Below, piece after piece: positions 25,630-36,800 of a stretch of DNA of 64,000 bases. The notes beneath the pieces were generated by a model that had not been told where the DNA came from, did no database searches, and was given only the letters and a program-made list of their open reading frames with translations. Numbering within the stretch: the stretch's first letter is position 1; every line of letters begins with the position of its first letter. Location of the stretch: contig CM041465.1 of assembly GCA_023213395.1 (NCBI GenBank), positions 182,907,741 to 182,971,740 on the forward strand. Reading direction: 5' to 3'. Position numbers and translations under genes: made by a program. Source of the stretch: Cycas panzhihuaensis (taxonomy: Eukaryota > Plantae > Cycadophyta).

Positions 25630-28600
25630 GCCCAATGTGTATGACTCCTAAATCATCTATGAACTTCTCAAACTTGATTTTTCCCAAGGCCTTTGTAAAA
25701 TATCCATTTGTTTGATCTTCGGTGCTACAATAAGTCAACTCTATCTCTTCTGCTTGTACAAGTTCCCGAATAAAGTGGTATTGAGTTTTAATGTGCTTTG
25801 TTACTGTGGAATCTTGGATTTTTGGTCATTTGAATAGCTCGATTGTCACACCAAATTTTGTGAGACCTTCTTTGCTTAATTTGAAAATCCTGTAAGAGTC
25901 TTCTTAACAGATTGATTCACGGCTCCTGTCTGCGGCTTTATATTACCTTGGTGTGGATAAGAAGCGGTATTTTGTTTCTTTGTACTCAAGCTCTGCTGCG
26001 ATCCCATACTAAATGCATAACCTGAGCTAGATTTTCTATCATCGATATCACCATTAATCAATCAGATAACCGCTTCGAAACTCGGATGTAGGTTTGTAGT
26101 ATAATCCAAAGTCAAGTCCCTTTAAGGTATCTCGAGGATTCTTTTAGCGACTTGCCGGTGAGATGTCTTTGGATCCTGCATAAATCTAGATACAACACTT
26201 ACAGAATATGTTATATCAGGTCGAGTAGAGGTTAAATAAAGTAGGCTACCAATCAATTGTTTATAGTGAGTGGGATCAACTGAGGTTGAGTCATCATCTT
26301 AGAGTTTAATTCCAATTTACTTTGGTATTGACAATGGTTTACAGCTTGTCATATTAAATCTTTGTAGAAGGTCTAATATATATTTACGTTGAGAGATAAA
26401 TATTCCTTGTTTATCTTGCCACACTTCCAATCCTAGGAAGTAGTGCATAAGACCTAAGTCTGTCATTTCAAATTCCTTACACATAGCTTCTTTAAATTGA
26501 CTTAAAAGTTGAGAGTCATTTTCGGTATAAATTAAGTCGTCTACGTAAAGTCCTACGATCAATATCGAATTTCCTTTAATTTTGGTGTATAGGTTTAGGT
26601 CTGTTTGAGATCTTTCAAACCCTTGATCTTTAAGATATGTGTCGATACGGGAATACCAAGCCCTAGGTGCTTGTTTTAGACCATATAACGCTTTCTTTAA
26701 CTTGTACACTTTGTTTTCTTCCCCATTGACTTCAAAACCGAGGGGTTGAGAGACATAGATATCTTCTTGGATATAACCATTTAAGAAAGCACTTTTTACA
26801 TCCATTTGATAAACAGACCAACCCATTTGGGCGGCTAAACTTATTATCATGCGAACTGACTCCATTCTAGCAACTGGGGCAAATGTTTGTATAGTCATGC
26901 CTTCTCTTTGGGCATATCCTTTTGCAACTAAACGAGCTTTATATTTATCAATTGATCCATCAGAATGGAACTTAGTCTTATAAACCCATTTGGTTCCAAT
27001 GGCTTTCTTCCTTGGTGGTTAGTCTACAAGTTCCCAAGTGTCATTTTTAACGATAGATTTATATTCCTCTTGCATGGCTTTTTGCCAGCACTCATGTTGA
27101 TTAGCCTCACCAAAGGTTTGAGGCTCATGACTTTCAAGTAACTTACTCATTAGAGCAAAGTTAACTTTGTGTGAGCATGTAGATCTTCGATTGTTATCTA
27201 ATATATTTCCTAAGTCATGGTTGCGTTGAACCCATTTGGGTAGTGGTTGTGATGGTGGTTGAGGTGATGTTGTTTCCCTAGTGGTTTCCATAGAATTTCT
27301 CCACATAGGAGGCACATATTTGGATGTATTTGATGCATTAAACTTAATAGTAATGTCCTTTTGTTGTTCGTGATTATTTTGATAGTAGGTGTCTTCTTGA
27401 AATTTGACATCCCTACTCAGTATAACTTTTCAGGATTTGAGATCATAAACTTTGTAAGATTTTGATGATTTATTATATCCAATAAATATACATTTTACAC
27501 TATGATCATCTAATTTGGTTCTTCTTTGGTCAGGGACGTGGGCATAGGCTAAACAGCCAAATACCTTAAAGTGACGGATACTGGGTTTATAACCTGTCCA
27601 TGCTTCTTCTGGTGTCTTCCCCCTAACGGCTTTTGTAGAACATCGATTAAGTAAGTAGACTGCGGTATGGACTACTTCAGCCCAAAATTCATGGCCTAAG
27701 TTTTTATCTTTAAGCATACAACGTGCCATCTCTACGATAGTTCTGTTTTTCCTTTCATTTCACCATTTTGTTGTGGGGTGTAGGGGTTGGTATGTTGTCG
27801 CCTAATCCCATGTTGGATACAGTAATCCTTAAAGATATTAGAGGTAAATTCTCCCCATTATCCGATCTTAAGGAGAGGATATGATATCCACTTTGTCGCT
27901 CAACGAAGGTTTTGAAGTCAACAAAGTGGTCAAAAGCATCGATCAGTTGTATTTGAGAAAGAACACCCAAGTCTTTCTTGTAAAGTCATCAATAAATGTA
28001 AGGAAATATTTGGCACACCGCGAAGGGAGTGGCCATTGGGCCACAAATATCCGTGTATACGAGTTGAAGAGGCGGATGTCCGATGGCTAAAGTCCGGAAA
28101 ACTTTCTCTATGATGTTTTCCAAGAAGGCATCCTCACACAACTCTTTATTAACATCAATAGGGCAAGCCATTAACCATATCTAATCTTTTCATAAAGGCT
28201 AAACTGGTATAATTAAGGTGGCCAAACGTCGATGCCATAGGTCACTATCCATAGTAGTTGTGGTTCTAAGAGCATATGTATCCGAGGGGTGATAGTAAGT
28301 TTAAATAAACGATCTTTAGTCATGATACCCCTAGCAACAATAGCTTCATTTTGTCGTTTGTCTTTAATGACACATTCAGTTGTCAAAAATTATTTTATAA
28401 TCTTGAACCATCATCTGTTCTACCGATAGTAAGTTTTTCCTTAAAGCAGGGACATATAGAACATCATTTAAATATTTATATTCACCACTATCAGTCAATA
28501 AGGCAATGTTACCTTTTCTAATCGATTGGTGAGAAGTGTTGTCTCCAAACATAATAGACCCTTTCTTATTTGTATCCAAAGTTTGAAATAATTGTTCTTT

Positions 28601-29817
28601 ATGGGTCATGTGGGTGGAACAACCAGAATCAATGTACCAACTATCATCCTCTTCTTCCTGGTTTGAAAAACTAGATAGAAATAACCTATTGTTGATTTTA
28701 GATTCTGATGTATTTGACACATGTCCTTTAGAGGGTGGTCCATGTTTTGAAAAACACTTATCTTCAGTGTGACCATTTCTACGACAATAAGTGCAATATT
28801 GTTGATCTCTTTTTCCATAACTAAGATTTTGATTCCTTGGTGGAGAGCGATCAAGGTTAAAAGGTCTCCCCCTTTCCTCATAGAATTGAGTATGATTATT
28901 TTTTGGTTGGTCACGATAGTTTTGAGGTGTTCTAGAAGGTTGTGGGTTCCCATGACAATGAGGACAACAAGAATGATTTTCAACTTGTCTTCGTTGGTTT
29001 GGGTTTCTTTGAGTGTTCGAATGTCTTGGAGAGTTTTCATGTTGTGGGGGTCGTCCTTGTCTATTATGAGGAGCTTGGTATCATGGAGGATTTTGTCTAG
29101 GTTCATTGCTAGGGTTTTCATCTTTTCTCCTTAGAGGAGATTCGTTTTGTTTTGAGGTGCTATCTTGAGGGTTAGATTGAATGTTGGCCTTTGTAGCGAA
29201 GGCTTGTTCTAAAGTTTCATTGGCAGCTTGTTGCTCTTCTATGGACATGAGCATAGCAGTAAGTTGTTCTATTTTGAGGGTACTTAGATCTTTAGATACA
29301 CTAATACTAGTAGCTACCATCTCAAAGCGTCTAACGGCTCCTACACATTGAAGGATTCGTTCAACTACTCTTTGTTCGGTTAAGGTATCCCCAAGGGACC
29401 TCATTTGGTTAACTATATCTTGAATCTTGGTCATAAATTCAGTTATTGATTCATGAGGCATCATACGTAAATTTTCGAACTTACTTCTTAAGTTTTGTAG
29501 TTTAGAGGACGCTACCTTCAGATTATATAAGTCAGTATCACAAGCCTCTTTGGACTTAATGGATTCACTAACTCGTGGAAAAACATTATCTTCCAATGCG
29601 CAAAAAATAAGAGCTAATGCTTCATTATCTTTTTTGACATTTTCTTTGTACATAGCTTTTTCGATGTCGGTTGGATTTGATCCAAGTCATCATGTAGGTT
29701 TTTTACTATATCCCACATTTCATTTGCTATGAGGATGGGCCTCATCCTCCTACTCCAGTTAAGAAAATTATTTCCATCAAATTTATGAATAATCATATTC
29801 CCAAAACTAGACGTCAT
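25630..29817 (-). pseudogene. Element B gag-pol polyprotein (frameshifted)
   Basis: gag KFDGNNFLNWSRRM; knuckle CTYCRRNGHTEDKC; PR WYIDSGCSTHM; INT LRSDNGE and FWAEVVHTAVYLLNR; RT QMDVKSAFLNG, LYGLKQAPRAWY and LYVDDL; RH FTKALG. Confidence 0.95.
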
Positions 29818-31922
29818 TTTAAATTAAAGTTGTATGAAATGTGATAAATACAATAAAAAATATTTGAATGTAAAAATTTGAAAGAACTTAAATGAAAGAA
29901 ATTATTTCCAAATATATATCCCAAGGTTTTCAAAAGTTTGAATAAATGAACTAGGACCTAGAAAGGCTACTAGGCTCTAAGTTTATGTTTCTCCTGGGCA
30001 ACCTTGGTTCTTCATACATCGATAGCGCATGCCCACGGATGGCAAAAGCAGGGGACCCTTTATCTGCATGCAGAGCGCAAGGCTCTATATACCTCAAGAC
30101 GTGAAAGCCAGAAGGCTTTGACACCCCCACAGATTGTTGGTCCACTGCTTGGATTTATGCCTAACGACGGATCTAGCGGTGAAGGTTCTCGAACCAAAGG
30201 CACTCACCCTCTCAGTCTAGCCTTGGTCTCCAAACACCATAAAATGAAAAGGTTACGCACCTCCGCCACCGTATACACACGATAGCCATGGTCGTCGTCA
30301 TCCAATATGGTGGTAGATTAGCGTGTGCGGGGTGGTAACCAGGGTCTGCAGTTCCCTTGCAGGTTGGAAAAAGTGTGGTTCAATTCGGAATTATCTTATT
30401 TAATGTGAAAACTAATATATTTAGCAATGTGGTCTTGCTTAGAAAAAAGAAAAATTCTTTTGATAATAGAAAAAAAATGCTCTAAGCAAGATGAAATGAA
30501 AACTTTTACAAAAAACTCTTTTGCTTTTTTTCAAAAAAACATATAATGCCCTTTAAACAAATGTAATATACCTTTGAAAAGAAATGCAATTTTCCTTTTA
30601 TAAGTGCAAGAAAGATGATATTTTTCAACAATTTTGGTACACTTTTAAAGTAAAACGATCAATAAGAAAGTAATGATGCTTAAAACTTTTCACTTATGCA
30701 AGATTTGAAATAAACATTTGAAAATAAATAGTTTTCAAACAGATGCCAATTTCTCAAATGAATAATAAATCTTCAATGTAAAAAAAATCCTTTTTATATA
30801 AGAACAACTTTTATATGTTGCCTTATAAACAAATGCTTGTTCAAAATAATGTAAAGTGCTTGTAGAAAGATCAAGCAGAAACTTGAGTAAACAAGAAAAT
30901 ATGAACTAGATTTTTCTTTACAATTTTTGAAAGAAGACAAGCTTGTTAGAATGTATATATGCTCAACTTTAACAGATTGAAAACTATATTGAATAAGGTC
31001 AGAATAGTTTAAAATTTTATCAATATGTAGATTGCTGATATGTGAATCCAATAAAACAAACGGTTTTGAAAATGGATACCAATAAATCACGTTTTGAATA
31101 ATGCAAAGATATGAACCTCCTTGTGGAGCCTAACAGGAGCAGGGTAGGCAAAAATTGCATAAAAATACTAATTAACCTTTAGAAAAGTTGAACAAATGAT
31201 CAAGTATTATTTAAGAAGTAATCAATGATCTTTCAATTTGAAAATTTTTGAAAAATATATTAAACAGGAGATGTAAAACAGTAGATTTAGGCCAATAGGA
31301 TACCTCAACTTTAGCTGATTTGAAATATAAGAAAAATGTGTCAAAATATATGGAAAAATATATCACAATGAAGAGAAATGAGTCAGCTTCCCAACGAAGT
31401 TGACAGAAATGAAATCTGATAAACATTGCAAAAGTTATAGTGAAAAATGTAACAAGTGTCTTTATGGAGAATGTTCAAGAAACAGGCAAAAACAACTAAA
31501 TTTCTTATTTTAGCGATTAAAATATTAGTGAAGATGAACTCAAAAAATTAAAGTAGAAAATGGGTATTAGAGTCTATACAACTTAGATTGCTATAGAGAA
31601 AATTTGGGCACAAAACAATTTACCAAAAATAAATGACAGCCAGTTCTAAAACTGATTTTATTAAAAATGCAAAAACTACTGAAATTTTGAAAGTCCAATG
31701 TTAAAAAGGTCGAAACAAGGTCAAATGGGCACCAAATTGGTCTTATGACCAGTCGAAATCGGTCTACGGAAAATTTCTGATCTATTGGCGCAGGTTTCGT
31801 CTGAAACCGATGAGCCAAAGAGAAGTTATGGCCACAAAAGTGCCAATAACCCTATGGAAAAATAAAATTTAAAAAAAATAAAGTTTAAAATTGAAAACAC
31901 TTATTAAAAAGGTGTCTGAGGA

Positions 31923-32000
31923 TGGACTGCGCTGGGATTGAACCCAAGACCAGTCAGATAACAGAAACCTCCGATGCCAAGAGGGGTGAACTCGCTCGTC
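31923..32000 (-). other. Degenerate tRNA-like relic (T-arm/B-box) in the leader of element B
   Basis: Minus strand GGTCTTGGGTTCAATCCCAGCGCAGTCCA. No convincing acceptor stem or anticodon arm. Confidence 0.45.
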
Positions 32001-32350
32001 GAGTTAAAAGGCCAAAAAAAACTCTCAAAACCTTAAAACCGGAATTGAAACATATACAATAAATTTAAATTTTTTTAAAAACCAAACAGCCATACAATGG
32101 CGAACAATGAAATGATAATAATACAACTCAATAATAATCAACCGAGAGGCTCTCGGTGATCGCAAAGCGATACAATGGCGAATATACTCAATGACAATAA
32201 AGTAATTTAATGAAATGAAAGCGATTAAATAAATGAAGCGATTTAATGATGGTTCAAATGAGGTGATTTAATGATGGTTCAAATAAATATATGCATACGG
32301 TTCACGCAAATAAGCAGCGTGGCTGTGATAACAATAAGCGAAGCGATTTA

Positions 32351-32870
32351 ATAATCACATACGCTGCAACGAATGCAACACAATGACCGAATATAAGATA
32401 GACGTAGCCGTAATCACATACACTGCAATGAATGCATGACCGACCGTAGATCGACCAAGACGGAACGCAGGGCAGAATTTCACGGAAATGAGTTTTCGGT
32501 TCACAGACAAAATGAGAGCAATAGCCCCATGGCAAATAATCACATACACTGCAATGAATGCAACACAATGACCGAATATAAGATAGACGCAGCCGTAATC
32601 ACATACAGTGCAATGAATGCAACACAATGACCGATCGTAGATCGACCAAGACGGAACGCAGGGCATAATTTCACGGAAATGAGTTTTCGGTTCACGGACA
32701 GAATGAGAGCAATAGCCCCACGGCAAATAATCACATACACTGCAATGAATGCAACACAATGACCGAATATAAGATAGACGCAGCCGTAATCACATACACT
32801 GCAATGAATGCAACACAATGACCGATCGTAGATCGACCAAGACCAACGCAGGCGAATTTCACTAAACGAG
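32351..32870 (-). repeat. Higher-order tandem repeat: ~191-bp unit x ~2.7, with six copies of a ~39-nt core
   Basis: Units start at 32351, 32536 and 32727. Core TAATCACATACACTGCAATGAATGCAACACAATGACCGA alternates with ~20-nt and ~93-nt linkers. Confidence 0.93.
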
Positions 32871-33484
32871 TCTTCCTGGCTGCATGAATTTGCTAACAAG
32901 AGAAACGAGTCTTTGGAACAATGAGAGCACGGACCGTGCGCCGAAGTAAGAGCAACAAGACAGTACAGTAAGATGGAAACGGGCTCCCAGACACAGATAG
33001 GAATATAGTTAAACACGCCAGAGATACGGGAGAGAGGTCACGGGGCAGCGCTACCACGCCGATGGGTATAGACACGCAAAGATGAGTAAATGGGAGCTTG
33101 AACCTGAAGACAGAGAGGCGGCCTTGCAGACAGCAATTTTTATACGGGGGGCAAAGGATGCAAGGAGAGAACAGATATAAAGCGAATAATGAATAATATA
33201 ATGGCAGAATCTATCAAGCACATAAAACAGTAAAGTATATATCAAAATATTTATTTATATGTTGAAAAATAAAAGGAAACGAAGAACCTGGTTTCCGTAT
33301 GGAGAGCAAACTTCTGAGCGGGAGAACTTCCTCCACAGTGAATGAAATCCAGATCCGTCTTCTCCAGCGGATAGGTGAGCTTGCCAGGATCTCAACGAGC
33401 AGTCATATGGATACGTTTCGCCAGACGTTTGAGCAACTAAAACCAGAAAATAAACAATGGTGTCACCGTGGCTCTGATACCAAA

Positions 33485-33820
33485 TGATGGAGCCGGAGGA
33501 GCAGAGCAGGACATCACGACGTTCTCATCTTGAGTACAACAGCAATTTTCAATAGAGTGGCGGTGTTAATAAACACCAGGGAGGTATTCCCAACCCTTAA
33601 ATAGAGAATTCGGGGAGGCGTCGGGCGCCATCACCCTAGTTGCACAACAATTAAGGGTAGTTTGAAAAAATATTAAAAATAAATAACGGTGATACGTACC
33701 TCACATAAGTGGTCGGTCCGGGCGGCTATTAAATGGCTCAAGGTGCCTTAGGGGCCCTCAAAGGTGGCTTTGAGGGGCCCTAAGTGCTCTAGTGTAGGAA
33801 CATCGGGATTATTCCCAACA
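33485..33820 (-). repeat. 5' LTR of element B
   Basis: Direct repeat of 25279-25616, adjacent to the PBS. Confidence 0.96.
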
Positions 33821-33825
33821 AAAAA

Positions 33826-36800
33826 TATTTTCCGCTGTCACTTTCTCTCGTAGTTCTCCATAATCCTCTAATGCATCATTGTGTATACTCAAATTACTAT
33901 GTGAAGATTTATGAGGGATTCTTTTCAATCTCATAATCAAGATTCTCAAGAGACGATGATGCATGTGGTAGGGCACTAATTGTTACTATTTAGCACTTGG
34001 TGCATACAAAATATAGTGTAATACAATGTAGCTAAATAAGTGTTAAGTCTAATAACCCTCCTTAATATTTACTTCATTGAGTCTTACACCTAGGCCTTTT
34101 ATGAAATTCATAAACTTATTCCTACTAAGAGGCTTGATAAAGTTATCTATTGATTACTCCTAAGTTAGTTTATAAATGAGGTCAATATCACCACTTTAAA
34201 CATGCTCTTTAATAAAGTTGTGATGTACCTTGATGTATTTTGTATGTGTATAAAAAATATATTCTTTCTTATCTTTATGACACCTTAATTATCACAATAT
34301 ATTACAATGGGTTTTGACTACCCAAGCCTAAATTGTCCAAGAATCTTTGAAAGCTAGATGAAATTATTAGACTCTTCAAATGTAACTGTGCATTTTGTTT
34401 ATGTGGAAGAAAGAGCAACATTGGGTTATTTCTTACTATTCCATAAGACAATACCTTAAAGTCAATTTATAGCTATCTTAACAACCTACCTAATCTCAGT
34501 ATGTGAACCCCTCTAAGCTAAATTTCTTATTCTGTATATAACATAGACCATACTGCAAAGTTCATTTTAAGTATTTAAGAATCTACTTTGTGATATTCCA
34601 ATGACTCTATTTAGGGTGAGAGATGAAGCTTGAGCAAATCCTAATTATATAGGTGACGTTAGATCTAATTATAGTAAAGCATACGAGACTACTGACTAGA
34701 TGTATGTATAAAGTAGGATCAATTAGTGCTTCCCCCTTATTAGTTGTCAATTCGGTCCCTATCTCCGTAGGGATCACTTTGAACCTCTAAGGTATACTTA
34801 GTTTATAAAATGGAAATGCTTCTCAGTTATTGCCAAGCTTTAATAACTGGGCAATAATATAATAGCCCAAGTTCTGACATCTCAAATTTTTTAAAAAGTC
34901 CCCTTTGATACTTTCTATCATCTTAGTGTCATCCCCTATAATGATTAAGTTATTTGCATATAATATTACAAAGGTTATATACTAGTTCCAAATCTTGATA
35001 TATAGGTTTAGGTCCGATAAAGATCTAGGAATCCATATCTCTAAAAATAGTCACCAATCTTTGAATACTAGGGTCTAGAGCCTGATTTAAACCATACAAT
35101 GTCTTTTTTATGTGACATACGAAAAGTTTTCCTTTTATTTAATAACTAGGTGGTCATTATAGATAAAATTTTTTTATAGGACTCCATTGAGAAATGTGTT
35201 TTTGACATCAAGCTCATAGATAGGTTATATATATTATGATCTTAAATCTAAAACCACTTTAATGATAACTATCTTGAGCACTAATGCAAAGGTTTCACAA
35301 AAATCTATCTTCTTTCTATTTGAATCATTTTGACATTGGTGTGGCTTTAGGGCTTTCTATTATCCCATCAACCTTGAACTTGTTCATGTAGACCCATTTA
35401 TATCTTATAGACTCTTTACCCTTAGGTAATTCAACTAAGTCACAAGTTGCATGCTTCTTAATGGATTAAATTTCTCCATCCACGATATACTTAAAATACT
35501 TTTCTTCTTAACTTGCCTCCTTAAAAGTGAAAGGTTCATTAGAATTCAATGCATTGGCCATAAGGGCATACTTTACTTGGGGTGCAAGTCTTGTATTGGA
35601 TTGTCGCATACTAACATGTTTAGGAAGTAGCACCTTAGTTACTATTTTCAAATACTATTTTGGTAACTTCTTAGGTTTTGTTACTTTGAATTTAAGGCCT
35701 TCATTAGTTAACATATTTTATACTTGATACTTATTAGATTGTGAAGTGGATGGAGGGCTTGGTGGTGGACTCAAGAAGATGTTGGGCAAACTTGATGAGG
35801 AACTTAAAGTTTATAGTAGTTTTATGATTGTTTTATCCTTGTCTACCTTGGGTTGCTTACACTTAAGTCCAATTCTTTGTTATCTTCTTGAAAGATGATA
35901 TCTTTAATACATGCATTTGCTTAGTTTTGGGATCATGTAATCTACATGATTTACTTGTATTACTATAGCTAAGAAAAATATACTTATTGCTTTTGTCATG
36001 AAATTTTTGTCTTCATTCCTTAAGAATGTGCTTAAATACATTACAACCAAAGACCCTTAAATTACTCATTACGAGATTTCTTCTTATCTAAGCCTCCTCT
36101 AACATCTATTCGTTATTGCTTTTGTGGAGCTTCTATTGGTTAGATATATTGCACTCTTGATTGCTTCTCTCTAAAATAAATTTGCAAGGCTCTTAACTTT
36201 AAGCATGCCCTTAGCTTTCTCCACTAAAGTTTTATTCATCCTTTTAGCAATTCCATTCTATTGATAGCTCATGGGAGGTAGAAAATTGTATTCTTATACC
36301 TTGTTATTTATAAAATAAATTAAATTCTTTAGATGCATACTTTCCCCCATTATCTAACCTCAAGATCTTAAACTTCTTCTTCATTTCATTTTCAACTTCA
36401 TGTTTGAACTTTTTAAAAGATTTTAAAGGTTTGCGATTTGTTTATTAGATAGTATACTGAAGATTTTCTTGGGAAGCCATCAATGGTGGTCATAAAGTAC
36501 AAGGATATTCTAAGTGAATGTGTATTTATTAGACCACAGAGATTAAAATGGTTTAAGTTCTAAATTACTTATGGATTTCCAAGCATTCTCTTATTCAAAC
36601 TTATCCCTATGTTACTTTCCTATTATATATGTTTCACATAAGCATCTATCAATGTCCATTTTAGGTAAATAATGCATTGTATTTAGCTTAAACACCAAAT
36701 TAAGATTGTTATAGTTTAAGTAACTCGCTCTTTCATGCCAAAGTTGGTCACTTGTTGTTGCATTACGAAATAAGGCTTTAGAGATTATAGGCTTCACCAT

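Larger units (their letters stand above)
25279..33820 (-). mobile_element. Element B: full-length Ty1/copia retrotransposon with a ~3.6 kb leader
   Basis: LTRs 25279-25616 and 33485-33820 (~95% identical). TSD AAAAA. PBS rc GCTCTGATACCA 33471-33482. PPT rc TTCTCCCCCATAAG 25617-25630. Confidence 0.97.

Noticed and set aside
29950-30390. Group I or group II intron identity for the leader island
   Set aside because: GTGCG and GGTATATAG resemble intron motifs only superficially. No canonical domain V or P7 pairing could be built by eye.
31923-32000. Functional tRNA gene
   Set aside because: Only the T-arm is recognisable; the acceptor and anticodon stems do not pair.
32351-32870. CRISPR array
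   Set aside because: The spacers are themselves repeated in an alternating pattern and differ greatly in length. No cas genes are present and the context is a eukaryotic retrotransposon.
32302-33016. Cys/His-rich ORFs as real genes
   Set aside because: They are overlapping frames generated by the tandem repeat, with no recognisable domain.
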